From sequence record SRR2962707_642: a stretch of 44,451 nt of DNA. The stretch is one strand, 5' to 3'. Position 1 is the stretch's first letter. Each line of letters starts with the position of its first letter. Position numbers and translations under genes: made by a program. Under the pieces are notes generated by a model that saw nothing but the letters and a program-made list of their open reading frames with translations, was not told the origin of the DNA and did not search any database. This document shows positions 1 to 10,151 of the stretch, one piece after another.

Positions 1-564
1 CCAATAGAGCAAATCGATGAAGTGGCTGAATTGGGTAAACAAGGTGCCTCCATCAAGTTTCTTCGATCCCTTCCAATCAGATTTTTGATAATAATCAAAA
101 TTTCTGTTCCAAAAACAATTCAACTGAACAGAGTAGATCGTGCCCAATGCTCCCTGGTCGATCTTTTCCTTAACGGCTTCTATGGCAGGATTGAAGCGAT
201 TCTGCTTGACAATAAATAAACGTTTGTTGCATCGCTCTGCCGTTTTGATCATCTCCTCACAGTCTGCAGATTTGATGCCCATAGGCTTCTCACAAAGCAC
301 ATGATATCCTGCCTTTAATGAGGCAATGGTATGCTCCGCATGAAGTCCGTTGGGTGAACAAACAGCCACAACATCCATATCGTTGTGCTTCAGAAATTCA
401 CCCACTTGGGTATACGTCTCAACACCATATTCCGTGCCCAGAGCATTGGCTTTCTCAGCATTGACATCACAAACTGCCGCCAATTTTGCCAACCGGTTGA
501 TATGCCCGGCATGTCGCTGTGCAATCCGACCACATCCAATCAATCCAACCCTAATGTTGCTCAT
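1..564 (-). CDS. Gfo/Idh/MocA family oxidoreductase (WlbA/WbpB-like nucleotide-sugar dehydrogenase), N-terminal part; runs off the window edge
   Basis: Not in the ORF track. Manual translation from ATG 564 gives MSNIRVGLIGCGRIAQRHAGHI...VAVCSPNGLHAEH...HVLCEKPM...VKQNRFNP...DGGTLFTQFSHFIDLLYW, with a GxGxxA Rossmann motif and the CEKP motif. It overlaps the upstream glycosyltransferase stop. Confidence 0.9.
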   Translation of the reverse strand, partial: MSNIRVGLIGCGRIAQRHAGHINRLAKLAAVCDVNAEKANALGTEYGVETYTQVGEFLKHNDMDVVAVCSPNGLHAEHTIASLKAGYHVLCEKPMGIKSADCEEMIKTAERCNKRLFIVKQNRFNPAIEAVKEKIDQGALGTIYSVQLNCFWNRNFDYYQKSDWKGSKKLDGGTLFTQFSHFIDLLYW

Positions 565-1843
565 TCAATTTTGTTAATATGTTCTCCAATTTCCCAACAA
601 GTGACTCATGTGAAAATTGGTTCATTAATTCGCTAATGTCAGACTCAGCAGGTACCTGATAACTTTCAAAAACCTCTAATATGAAGGCGCGAATCTCATC
701 AATGTCTCCATAAGAAAGAATTTCACCAATGTCTTTTCCATTCATCAAATCCCCCAAGTCACTTGCCCGCTCACCCAAACATAGAATCATGCGATGAGCC
801 GACAGGTACTCAAAGAATTTAACCGGTAGAATCCATTCCGAATTATCTGATTTATTCTGTAAAAGTAAAAGGAGATTGCATTTCTTATATTCTTCCTGCA
901 CCTGCTCATGAGGCAAATACCCGAGGTATTCAATCTTTCCATCCAATTGATGCAATCGGGATAATTCACCGCGAATAGATTCAGCAACGATCCCTCCAAT
1001 CTTAATCTTCAATTTGGCAGAAAACGATGGATTCTCCCGACAAAGTTGATCAAGCAACATCCAAAGTTGAGATGGATTTCGGAGTTCATTTAGCATGCCG
1101 AAATAACCAATCGTAAAATGATCCTTATCCGGTTCGATGACTTGAGGATTTTGAGCTGTTATTCCATTATGGATCACTTCAATGCCACCGAAAGCCTTTG
1201 CCAATCTGCCGCTCACCGTAGTGGCTACATCTGCTTCTTTCAACACTGAGGCTTCCATCTTCTTATGAAAATACATCGCCAAAGCAGAAGTCTTGAGCTT
1301 ACCCAACACATCCCACTTGCTCCATGGATCCCTGAAATCAGCCATCCATTTCACGCCTGTTTTTCTTTTCACACGCCTACCGATCAGATGCATACTATGA
1401 GGCGGACCAGTGGTTATAATCGTTCCAATACCTTCTCTCTTGATCAATTCAATAGCATAATCAGAAGCTTTTCTTACCCAAAAGACCCTTGGGTCGGGGA
1501 TAAGCAGATTACCTCTAACCCAAACCGCAAGATTATCCGTAAAACTCTTTTCAGATTTCTCCAATACCAACCCCTGCTGGATGTTTTTGCGCTCTTTGTT
1601 TCCGGTAAGTCTATGAAAGAAGTCGAAGGGCTCCCAAATGGGGATTTTGTGTGTAGGTATTTCCTGAACCCTTTCTACCAACTTCTCATCCTTGATCTCA
1701 AACTGTGGATTTGAAGGAGTCAGTACAACAGGCTCCCAACCCCTTGATTTCAATTGCAAAGAAAAATTCATCCATCGCTGAACACCCACCCCTCCACTAG
1801 GGGGCCAATAGTAAGATATGATGAGTACTTTCTTGGATGACAT
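551..1843 (-). CDS. Glycosyltransferase family 4 (GT-B fold)
   Basis: N-terminal ISYYWPPSGGVGVQRW, TTGPPHS and ADFRDPW; C-terminal LPVKFFEYL. Confidence 0.88.
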   Translation of the reverse strand: MSSKKVLIISYYWPPSGGVGVQRWMNFSLQLKSRGWEPVVLTPSNPQFEIKDEKLVERVQEIPTHKIPIWEPFDFFHRLTGNKERKNIQQGLVLEKSEKSFTDNLAVWVRGNLLIPDPRVFWVRKASDYAIELIKREGIGTIITTGPPHSMHLIGRRVKRKTGVKWMADFRDPWSKWDVLGKLKTSALAMYFHKKMEASVLKEADVATTVSGRLAKAFGGIEVIHNGITAQNPQVIEPDKDHFTIGYFGMLNELRNPSQLWMLLDQLCRENPSFSAKLKIKIGGIVAESIRGELSRLHQLDGKIEYLGYLPHEQVQEEYKKCNLLLLLQNKSDNSEWILPVKFFEYLSAHRMILCLGERASDLGDLMNGKDIGEILSYGDIDEIRAFILEVFESYQVPAESDISELMNQFSHESLVGKLENILTKLNEQH

Positions 1844-1877
1844 TTTAATGAAGGCAAATCAAACGAAAACTGAGCTT

Positions 1878-2795
1878 TCAGGGAAGACGGGAATCTATCA
1901 AATCAAAAATTTCTTTCTGCTGTCCAGGTTCAAACCAAAGAATATCATCATATTTCCTAAACCAGGTCATCTGTCGTTTAGCATATCTGCGACTGTTTCT
2001 TTTAAGCAATCGAATCGCCTCCTCTCTATCACAATCCCCATCCATGTAACCAAATATCTCAGAGTACCCTACCGTTTGCAAGGCATTGTGTTCACGGTAC
2101 TTTATCAGTGATTCAGCCTCTTCAAACAACCCAGCCTTTATCATTTCATCCATCCTCCTGTTTATGCGGTCAAAAAGATGCTCACGCTCCATAGTTAATC
2201 CAATCTTCAGGTTTTCGTAGGGTAAATCCTTTGCTTCAGACTTTCGAAATGAACTAAAAGGTTTGCCAGAACTTCGGATAACTTCCAGTGCGCGAATCAC
2301 ACGTTGACCATTGTTTCGATCCACCTGATTGTAGTATTCAAGATCCTTCTGCTTCAATTCTTCCAGCAACTTGGAAAGGCCTTCCTGCTGAAAAATTTCA
2401 TTCAGTTGATCACGAATTGAGAGGTCTATTTCTGGCATATCATCAAATCCCTCCCACAGGGCCTTCAAATAGAGCGTGGAACCACCTACAGCTACTACCA
2501 TTCGATACTTCTGATGTAGGTTATCAATCAAATCATCAGCCTCTCTCCCATACTCACCCGCATTGTACAACACCTCTATGGAGTGAGAATCAATAAAATG
2601 ATGTCTGACTAGAGACAGCTCTTCAGTTGAAGGTTTGGCCGTTCCTATGTTAAGTTCTTTGTAAAACTGACGTGAATCCGCTGAGATGATCTCTGTTTCA
2701 TACTTTTTAGCAATTTGAATGGCTAATGTAGTTTTACCTACGGCTGTAGGGCCCACAACGGAGATTAATAGCGGCTTGATCGAATTATTACTCAT
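1878..2795 (-). CDS. miaA: tRNA dimethylallyltransferase
   Basis: GPTAVGKT P-loop, ISADSRQFY, IGTAKP, VGGSTLY and SRRYAKRQMTWF. Confidence 0.97.
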   Translation of the reverse strand: MSNNSIKPLLISVVGPTAVGKTTLAIQIAKKYETEIISADSRQFYKELNIGTAKPSTEELSLVRHHFIDSHSIEVLYNAGEYGREADDLIDNLHQKYRMVVAVGGSTLYLKALWEGFDDMPEIDLSIRDQLNEIFQQEGLSKLLEELKQKDLEYYNQVDRNNGQRVIRALEVIRSSGKPFSSFRKSEAKDLPYENLKIGLTMEREHLFDRINRRMDEMIKAGLFEEAESLIKYREHNALQTVGYSEIFGYMDGDCDREEAIRLLKRNSRRYAKRQMTWFRKYDDILWFEPGQQKEIFDLIDSRLP

Positions 2796-2828
2796 TTTCT
2801 ATGGCTAAAATGCCTAATTTTATTCGAT

Positions 2829-5800
2829 ATGGCAGAGGTGATAAACGATATTGATGAGCTGAAGAAGAAAATATCGAATCTCCAGGCTCAGTTGGAGAAT
2901 TCACAGCGGGATTATTACTCGTTGGTAGAAAAAACCAACCAGAACCTCAAAGACCTCTTCGACAACTCCAACGACCTGATCACAATTTTCAAGGTGACAG
3001 GTGAAATTCGTTTTGCCAACGAAGCGGTCAAGAAAAAATTAAGCTATACCGAAGAAGAGATTACTGATCTTAAATTCCTTGAGGTGGTGCATGAAGACTA
3101 CCGTAGAGGGGCCCTTCAAAACATTCTTAAAATCACTGCCGGAAGTCGATTTGAGAAATTTGATACCGTCCTTATTTCAAAGACAGGTAAAAACATCTAT
3201 GTGACCGGTAAGCTGACATCAGTTTTTGAGAATGGTGAACCAGTAGAATATCGGTGTGTATTTTATGACATTACTGAACGTATCAGGGCAGAGAGTGCTC
3301 AAAGTTTGTACTACCAGATTGCCAACATCACCATCACAGAAAATGATCTGGAGCAGCTTTACAGCAATATTTACTTTCAGCTGAACCAGATGCTACGGGT
3401 GAGGAATTTTCAAATCCGACTTAAGGATGGTGCCAGTTACAGGCAGATATTTTGTATCAATGAACTATCGGAAGAGCATGACTTCACTTTTGATGTAGAC
3501 CATACACTCATGGATTACACCTTTGAACGTGACAGATCGCTGATTGTGTATGAAGAAGGAATTGAAAAAATCGCTCAGCAAAAAGGAATCAAATTCAAGG
3601 ATCCGATTCCGAAAATCTGGCTTGGTGTGACCATAAGCACCTCTACTGAGAAGGGCGTCATGTCCATATGTAGTTATCGGGATCAAAGCGCCTTCAACAA
3701 TAAAGACCTTGAGCTTTTAGACTACATCGCCGGTCAGATTAGTCTTGCGATGGAACGTCAGCACAAAGAAGAGAAAATCGTTAACCAGGCTGCTACCTTA
3801 GGTGCCATCTTCGACAGTAGTACACATGAAATATGGTCAGTAGATAAGGATTTCAAGTTTACCTCTTTCAATCAAAACTATGAGGTAGCATTTAAGCGCT
3901 ACTACGGTTTTGCACCCAAAATAGGTGAAAGCATCCGTGAAATACCTGAAGATAATCTTCCCAAAGAATCCAGTAATTTCTGGGTAGAGAAATATGATGA
4001 AGCTTTTAAAGGCAAGTTCGTCAACTTTCAAACCAATAACCTGGATAAAAAGGGGAAAATGGTATGGCGAGAAGTGTTCGTTAACCCCATTTTCCTTCCC
4101 AATGGAAGAATAGAAGAGCTTTCCGTCATCGCCAACGACATTACTGAGAAGAAGGAATCAGAAAGTGCGATCATTGCCAGTGAGGAGAAATTTAGGACCA
4201 TTTTCGAATCCTTCCAGGACATCTACTTCCGTTGCGATATGGATGGCATCATCACCATGATCAGTCCGTCTGTGCAGGAAGTCATGGGCTATAAATCTGA
4301 CAATGTCATCGGAACGAGCATACTGCAATATGCAGATAAGCGTCGGCAGATTTATGAGATCTCTAGTAAGATCAATGAACAGGATAGAATCCGAAACATT
4401 GAAGGTGCAGTTCTGGCAGCTGACGGCAAGCGGTTACAATTCTTATTCAACATTCGCTTGATCCACAAAGATGATGGCTCATATGAGGTGGAAGGTGTAG
4501 CAAGGGATATCTCCAGACTAAAGGAAACAAATGAGGAGCTGAAACGTGCCAAGGACATGGCTGAGCGCTCGCTGAAAATTAAGGAACGTTTCCTTGCCAA
4601 CATGAGCCATGAGATCAGAACACCAATGAACGGCATCATTGGTATGATCGATCTGCTTGCCAGTACCCATCTTGATGGCGAGCAATCAGAATATGTGAAG
4701 ACCATCAATAAGTCTTCACAGACGTTACTAAATATTCTTAATGATATTCTCGATCTCTCCAAGATCGAAGCAGGCAAAATGGATCTTAGACTTGGACCTG
4801 TCAACCTCGTGAAGACCATCGAAAAAGTGTACGATCTCTTTTCTCAGCAGGCCTCTTCTAAAGACAACAACCTTTATTATCACATAGACAGCAATACACC
4901 TGAATGGGTACTTGCTGATGAAACCCGATTGATTCAGGTCTTATCCAATCTCACTTCGAATGCGATCAAATTCAGTGAGAACAAAGGCAATATCAATATG
5001 AGTTTGAGGGTGCAGAAGAAAAAGAACAAAGACTATTTCTTCAAGGTAGCCATCAAAGATTCTGGCATTGGCATATCCGAAGATGATCAGAAAAGTCTAT
5101 TTCAAAGTTTCCACCAGCTCGACAACAGTAGCACTAAAAACTTTGGTGGAACGGGTCTAGGTCTCGCCATCTCCAAAGAGCTGGTGAAATCAATGAATGG
5201 CGACATTGGAGTCGTTTCAACACCGGGACTAGGTAGTACCTTCTGGTTCACCTTTACTGCTTCTGAAATTGAAGCTGGAGAGGTAGAGCAGATTCAGGTA
5301 GATCAGCCATTTACAAAGCAATTTGCCGAGAAAGAGCCTAGAATTCTGTTAGTAGATGATAACGATGTAAACCGAAAAGTAGCGAGCAACATCCTAATTA
5401 AATCAGGATGTATCGTGGTGGAAGCACGAGATGGATTCGAAGCAATCGAAATAGCTGGAAAGGAGACTTTTGATCTTATTTTTATGGACATTCAGATGCC
5501 GAAGATGGATGGAACCAAAGCAGCTGAAAAAATCCGTGAGTTAAAATTGGATCCTCCCCCCCCAATTGTAGCGATGACTGCTTATTCAATGGAAGAAGAT
5601 CGTCAACGATTTCTGGATGCCGGTCTTGACGATTACCTTGCCAAGCCTATCAAGGCGGATGTGCTCATTCGCAAAGTGAAATCCTGGGTAGAATTTGAAC
5701 CGAAGAAGGTTACTTCTGAGGTAATTGTTGAGCAAACAGAAGATCTGGCGATCAATCAAAACACGTTGAATCAGCTTGCGAAGTATGGTGGACAGGAGCT

Positions 5801-6089
5801 TATTGAGTCTACCTTGCTGGAGTTTGAAGAAGAGGCCGAAGAACTTGTAAATAACACCGAAACGTTCTTTAAGAAAAAGAAATATGAAGAAATGCGCGGC
5901 GAATTACATACGCTTAAAGGCAATGCGGGCACTTTAGGGGTTGAAAAATTATCAAAACAAGCTGCGCACATTGAAAAACAACTAAAAGAAAATAAATTTG
6001 AAGGACTGGAAAGCGAAATTCACGAGCTGAAAAAGCTATTCAAGGAATTCAAAGAGAGCAGCCAAAATTTATTAGTGACTAATGAGTAA
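2829..6089 (+). CDS. Cytoplasmic hybrid sensor histidine kinase (PAS-GAF-PAS-PAS-HisKA-HATPase-REC-Hpt)
   Basis: PAS ends (DITERIRAE, DITEKKE, DISRLKE); H-box FLANMSHEIRTPMNG; NLTSNAIKF; DSGIG; GGTGLGL; receiver DLIFMDIQMP; Hpt LHTLKGNAG; no transmembrane segment. Confidence 0.93.
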   Translation: MAEVINDIDELKKKISNLQAQLENSQRDYYSLVEKTNQNLKDLFDNSNDLITIFKVTGEIRFANEAVKKKLSYTEEEITDLKFLEVVHEDYRRGALQNILKITAGSRFEKFDTVLISKTGKNIYVTGKLTSVFENGEPVEYRCVFYDITERIRAESAQSLYYQIANITITENDLEQLYSNIYFQLNQMLRVRNFQIRLKDGASYRQIFCINELSEEHDFTFDVDHTLMDYTFERDRSLIVYEEGIEKIAQQKGIKFKDPIPKIWLGVTISTSTEKGVMSICSYRDQSAFNNKDLELLDYIAGQISLAMERQHKEEKIVNQAATLGAIFDSSTHEIWSVDKDFKFTSFNQNYEVAFKRYYGFAPKIGESIREIPEDNLPKESSNFWVEKYDEAFKGKFVNFQTNNLDKKGKMVWREVFVNPIFLPNGRIEELSVIANDITEKKESESAIIASEEKFRTIFESFQDIYFRCDMDGIITMISPSVQEVMGYKSDNVIGTSILQYADKRRQIYEISSKINEQDRIRNIEGAVLAADGKRLQFLFNIRLIHKDDGSYEVEGVARDISRLKETNEELKRAKDMAERSLKIKERFLANMSHEIRTPMNGIIGMIDLLASTHLDGEQSEYVKTINKSSQTLLNILNDILDLSKIEAGKMDLRLGPVNLVKTIEKVYDLFSQQASSKDNNLYYHIDSNTPEWVLADETRLIQVLSNLTSNAIKFSENKGNINMSLRVQKKKNKDYFFKVAIKDSGIGISEDDQKSLFQSFHQLDNSSTKNFGGTGLGLAISKELVKSMNGDIGVVSTPGLGSTFWFTFTASEIEAGEVEQIQVDQPFTKQFAEKEPRILLVDDNDVNRKVASNILIKSGCIVVEARDGFEAIEIAGKETFDLIFMDIQMPKMDGTKAAEKIRELKLDPPPPIVAMTAYSMEEDRQRFLDAGLDDYLAKPIKADVLIRKVKSWVEFEPKKVTSEVIVEQTEDLAINQNTLNQLAKYGGQELIESTLLEFEEEAEELVNNTETFFKKKKYEEMRGELHTLKGNAGTLGVEKLSKQAAHIEKQLKENKFEGLESEIHELKKLFKEFKESSQNLLVTNE

Positions 6090-6456
6090 AAAAATCATTG
6101 TAGCGGAAGATAGTAGTGTGATCCAAAACCTAACCAAGAAGATCCTCTCACAACTTAACTATGAGATCACATCTGTTAAAAATGGTCAGCAAGTACTGGA
6201 CTTGATGTCTAAAGATGTGTATGATCTCGTCCTTTTGGACATTCACATGCCCATTATGGATGGAATGGAATGTGCCAGAAGTATCCGGGCATTGGATAAC
6301 CAACAAAGCGAGATACCTATCATTGCTATCACCGGAAACGCAAATAATTATTCAGAACAGGATTTCGTTGATGCCGGAATCAATGCTTACATCCCAAAAC
6401 CTTTGAACTATGATTCATTGGTAGAAAAGGTGAAAGAGTATACGAATGACAATTAA
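6082..6456 (+). CDS. Single-domain (CheY-like) response regulator
   Basis: IVAEDS, LVLLDIHMPIMDG, IIAITG and YIPKP; overlaps the kinase stop. Confidence 0.92.
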   Translation: MSKKIIVAEDSSVIQNLTKKILSQLNYEITSVKNGQQVLDLMSKDVYDLVLLDIHMPIMDGMECARSIRALDNQQSEIPIIAITGNANNYSEQDFVDAGINAYIPKPLNYDSLVEKVKEYTNDN

Positions 6457-6721
6457 GTACACCAATCATTTTCTAAACAAACTCGAGGATATTATGTCAG
6501 AAACGGACTACATCCTCCGGTATGAAAAAGGAAATTTTCAGTCCGGCTATTGCATTCTTAACGACAGCAAAGTAGCTGTGGTAAACAAATTTTTCGCTTT
6601 AGAGGGCAAAATCAATAGTCTTATTGAGATCATCAGGTCAATCAAAGTTGACCCGGGCAAGTTGAGCGAAAACAACAAAAAACTTTATTCAGAAATCACT
6701 CACAATCAACTTCAGTTGTGA
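6446..6721 (+). CDS. Small hypothetical protein (YxxRYEKGNFQSGYC motif)
   Basis: 91-aa ORF overlapping both neighbours in the operon; function not recognisable. Confidence 0.75.
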   Translation: MTIKYTNHFLNKLEDIMSETDYILRYEKGNFQSGYCILNDSKVAVVNKFFALEGKINSLIEIIRSIKVDPGKLSENNKKLYSEITHNQLQL

Positions 6722-7485
6722 AAGTCATCTTCCTTGGAACAGGAACATCTCAGGGCATTCCGGTTATTGGCTGCACATGTCCGGTATGCTCCTCTGTAGA
6801 TTATCATGATAAACGCCTCAGGTCTTCTATTTATGTAGAATTCAATGGCCTACATCTGGTGGTAGACACAGGGCCGGACTTTCGACAACAGATGCTTCGG
6901 GAACGCATCGACAAGTTGGATGCCGTGCTTTTCACACACTCTCATAAAGATCATACCGCCGGGATGGATGACATAAGGAGCTACAATTTTCTACAAAAGA
7001 AAGACATTCCAATCTACGGCACAGACTTCACACTTTCCAGGTTAAAGGAAGAATTCTCTTACATATTTGCCAAGGATAAATACCCGGGAATACCTCAAGT
7101 TGTACTACATCCAATTACTAACAACCCGTTTGACATAGATGGACAAACCATCATTCCCGTAGAAGTTATGCACTACAAGATGCCGGTACTGGGTTTTAGA
7201 TTTGGCGACTTTACCTACATCACAGATGCCAACAAGATTGCTGATGAAGAGAAGGAAAAGATCAAAGGCTCCAAAGTGCTCGTGTTGAATGCCCTCCAAC
7301 GGGAAGAACACATCAGTCACTTTAACCTCGATGAAGCTGTCAAAATGATGGAAGAGCTCCAACCTGAGAAAGGGTACTTCACCCATCTTGGTCATTACAT
7401 GGGTCTGCACGCAGAGGTCAATAAAGAACTCCCTGACAATATCAAGATAGCGTGGGATGGACTGCAGTTAGAAATTGACAATTAA
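6718..7485 (+). CDS. MBL-fold metallo-hydrolase (PhnP-like)
   Basis: FLGTGTSQG, CxCxxC, VDTGPDFR, THSHKDH and YITD; GTG start overlaps the upstream stop. Confidence 0.9.
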   Translation: MKVIFLGTGTSQGIPVIGCTCPVCSSVDYHDKRLRSSIYVEFNGLHLVVDTGPDFRQQMLRERIDKLDAVLFTHSHKDHTAGMDDIRSYNFLQKKDIPIYGTDFTLSRLKEEFSYIFAKDKYPGIPQVVLHPITNNPFDIDGQTIIPVEVMHYKMPVLGFRFGDFTYITDANKIADEEKEKIKGSKVLVLNALQREEHISHFNLDEAVKMMEELQPEKGYFTHLGHYMGLHAEVNKELPDNIKIAWDGLQLEIDN

Positions 7486-7507
7486 TAATTAGTAATTATC
7501 AATTGGG
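7473..7507. repeat. Five tandem heptamers AATTnnn
   Basis: AATTGAC AATTAAT AATTAGT AATTATC AATTGGG, immediately before ATG 7511. Confidence 0.6.
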
Positions 7508-7510
7508 GGA

Positions 7511-9061
7511 ATGTTCCACAACTACTTTTTTCTATCACGACTTGCCTCTGCCTTAGATGAAAAACTGAAGGGTTTGTCGCTAGTCGAATGCTTCTCACAG
7601 AATAAAGATGAGCTTATTCTCGGCTTTGCCAATCCTAACAAAGAGTTTTTTATTCGAGCGAATCTTGATGCCACCATCTCGCTTCTTCAATTTCCTGAAT
7701 CATTTGCTCGCGCTGGGAAAAATAGTGTAGATCTATTTTCAGAGTTGCTGGACCAACAAGTAAAACAAGTCAGGGTCTTCCAATACGAACGGTCATTCCA
7801 GATCACCTTCGAAAACAATGATGCCTTGATTTTCAAAATGCACGCAAGAAGAGCCAACATCTTGCTAGCCAGAAATAATGAAGTTGTGAAGGTTTTCAGA
7901 AAGAGCTTAGGACAGGATTTTGAAATAGTCCCCAGCAAGCTTGATAAGGACATTGACATTTCCAGGCAAGCATTTGCAGATCTTCATTTTGAACCCACTG
8001 AGTTGATTCCTGCCTTGGGAAAGGAAGTGAAGATTCACTTGGAAAGATCCGGCTTCACTCAGCTCGATGATCAGGAGAAGTGGGATGAACTGCAAAAGCT
8101 ATTGTCGCAATTGGATTCCAATCCTATTTTTCTGCATGAGGGGCCAAGTCCACGGATTTCACTTTTAGATGAAGATTTGGAGCAAACCAAGGACCCGATT
8201 GTAGCTACCAATTGGCTGTACGAGAAGACTTCCAGGGTTGTGTTTTTTGACAAGGAAAAGCAGCAAGTCATCAATCAACTCAAGCAAAAGATTAAAAAAA
8301 GTGAGAGCTACATCGAGAAAACAAAGGAGAAATTATTTGATGTAGAGGGGTCACGAAACCCTGAAGAAATTGCAAACATCCTGATGGCCAATTTGCATCA
8401 GTTACAAACCGGCCTTAGTAAGGCTGTCCTAACTGACATTTACACCAATGAACCTATAACCATCAAACTGAACACTGCATTATCGCCTCAAAAAAATGCA
8501 GAGAATTTCTATCGAAAAGCGAAAAATCGTCACCAGGAGATCGATGCACTAAAAGAAAATATCAAAGCAAAGGAGAAGCTAATCGATGAGGTCAGCAAGC
8601 AGGTACTGGAGTTAGAAGAAGTGGATTCCCACAAGGAACTACGCAAATACAAAAAAGAGCAAGGATTGGAAAAAGGGAAGAAAGTAAAAGAAGAACATCT
8701 CCCCTATCATGAATTTGAAGAAGATGGCTGGATCATCATGGTGGGTAAGAACAGCAAAGCCAATGACGAGCTCACCTTGAAAGTGGCTAACAAAAACGAC
8801 CTCTGGCTGCATGCGAAAGATGTGGCCGGCTCCCATGTAGTAGTAAGGCAAAAGCCAGGTCAAAATTTCCCCAATCACATCATCGAAAAAGCTGCCAGCC
8901 TGGCGGCTGCAAATTCCAAGCGTAAAACGGATACCTTATGTCCGGTCATTTACACACAAAAGAAGTTTGTTCGTAAGATAAAGGGAGCACCAGCCGGCCA
9001 GGTCATCGTCGAAAAAGAAGAGGTGGTCATGGTAGAGCCTGCTTCAATTGACGCGCGCTAG
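7511..9061 (+). CDS. rqcH: NFACT family protein (RqcH/FbpA-like ribosome quality-control factor)
   Basis: NFACT-N, coiled coils with PQKNAENFYRKAK, and C-terminal NFACT-R (VGKNSKAND, WLHAKDVAGSHVVV). Confidence 0.8.
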   Translation: MFHNYFFLSRLASALDEKLKGLSLVECFSQNKDELILGFANPNKEFFIRANLDATISLLQFPESFARAGKNSVDLFSELLDQQVKQVRVFQYERSFQITFENNDALIFKMHARRANILLARNNEVVKVFRKSLGQDFEIVPSKLDKDIDISRQAFADLHFEPTELIPALGKEVKIHLERSGFTQLDDQEKWDELQKLLSQLDSNPIFLHEGPSPRISLLDEDLEQTKDPIVATNWLYEKTSRVVFFDKEKQQVINQLKQKIKKSESYIEKTKEKLFDVEGSRNPEEIANILMANLHQLQTGLSKAVLTDIYTNEPITIKLNTALSPQKNAENFYRKAKNRHQEIDALKENIKAKEKLIDEVSKQVLELEEVDSHKELRKYKKEQGLEKGKKVKEEHLPYHEFEEDGWIIMVGKNSKANDELTLKVANKNDLWLHAKDVAGSHVVVRQKPGQNFPNHIIEKAASLAAANSKRKTDTLCPVIYTQKKFVRKIKGAPAGQVIVEKEEVVMVEPASIDAR

Positions 9062-9114
9062 ACAGATCCATTCATTCCAGCCAGCTGCAACTCAACTTCC
9101 ACATTTAAGATCGC

Positions 9115-9122
9115 TAGGTTTG
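9115..9122 (+). promoter_or_regulatory. Bacteroidetes -7 promoter element
   Basis: TAGGTTTG matches TAnnTTTG, 10 nt before ATG 9133. Confidence 0.55.
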
Positions 9123-9132
9123 AATCTAATTA

Positions 9133-10083
9133 ATGGAAAAAACTAAGGCCCCATTGGTAGCATTCCTTTCTGGAGGCGAGACTTTCGAACTCAACTTCAA
9201 AGCATACTCCTTTGAAAAGGATACCGCAGTTTTTATTCCCAAGGGCCATTATTTTCAACAATCTGATAGACCGAAAATCATGTCTGTTGTCAATCATGAT
9301 ATTCGTGATTACAGGTATTTGTTCTCAAAAGTTATCAGCATAGGGCATATTGGTTCAGAGGATCGAATGAAACAGCAAGATGAGATGTTCCTTGACCAGG
9401 CGAAGAGTACGTGGCTGAAGATGAACCCATTCAATGCCAGCCTTGAAGAGCTAGAGGTATTATTTGACCTCAATGATTGGCTGGAAACCAATATCCAGGC
9501 CGACCTGCCACTTGAAAGTAGTTTCTTGAGTTATAAGGAACTACAACGTGTGGTAAAGCAAAAGCTACATCTGACCTTCTTTCAATGGAAAAATCACAAA
9601 CTGGTTGAACATGCCCATCAAAAATTATGGGAGACCGGAGGATACATTAAGGAAACAGCTCATGAATTGGGGTTTAAGGATCCCTCCTATTTCACTCGTT
9701 TCTTTAAATCCAAAACCCATCGAACACCTGCAGAGTTTCTTCAATCGCTTGATGAAAATCCACAAAGAGATAAGCTCGTACAAGAATTCAAAGCCCTGGT
9801 CAATCGGGAATTCACCAAACATCACCACTTAAGTTTCTATGCTGAAACGCTTAACCTTACCCCAAAAACACTAAGCAGAAACATTAAAGAGAAGACGGGA
9901 TCCACTGCTAAGCAACTCATCATAAATAGAATTTTGAAAGAAGTCAGGTTGAGAATAAATGATCAATCAGTGACATCATTGGCATTCGAATTGGGATTTC
10001 AGGAAGTGAGTCATTTCACTGCATTCATCAAAACACATACCTTCTCTACGCCAACACAACTCATGACCAAAAGTACCGGTTAA
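9133..10083 (+). CDS. AraC family regulator with two AraC DNA-binding domains
   Basis: Two AraC signatures: ETAHELGFKDPSYFTRFFKSKTHRTPAEF and SLAFELGFQEVSHFTAFIKTHTFSTPTQL. Confidence 0.85.
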   Translation: MEKTKAPLVAFLSGGETFELNFKAYSFEKDTAVFIPKGHYFQQSDRPKIMSVVNHDIRDYRYLFSKVISIGHIGSEDRMKQQDEMFLDQAKSTWLKMNPFNASLEELEVLFDLNDWLETNIQADLPLESSFLSYKELQRVVKQKLHLTFFQWKNHKLVEHAHQKLWETGGYIKETAHELGFKDPSYFTRFFKSKTHRTPAEFLQSLDENPQRDKLVQEFKALVNREFTKHHHLSFYAETLNLTPKTLSRNIKEKTGSTAKQLIINRILKEVRLRINDQSVTSLAFELGFQEVSHFTAFIKTHTFSTPTQLMTKSTG

Positions 10084-10121
10084 TGGCCCTTTTTTGTAAA
10101 CAACCCACCTAATCGCCAATG

Positions 10122-10129
10122 TAGGTTTG
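10122..10129 (+). promoter_or_regulatory. Bacteroidetes -7 promoter element for the SnoaL/YHS pair
   Basis: TAGGTTTG followed by an A-rich leader up to ATG 10152. Confidence 0.55.
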
Positions 10130-10151
10130 CATCATTAAAACTTAAAAAAAG

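Noticed and set aside
1878-2795. Functional link between miaA and the trp attenuator
   Set aside because: They are more than 30 kb apart with unrelated genes between them; co-occurrence in the window is probably chance.
6718-7485. Metallo-beta-lactamase or phosphonate C-P lyase pathway gene
   Set aside because: It is a housekeeping PhnP-like fold and no other phn genes are present.
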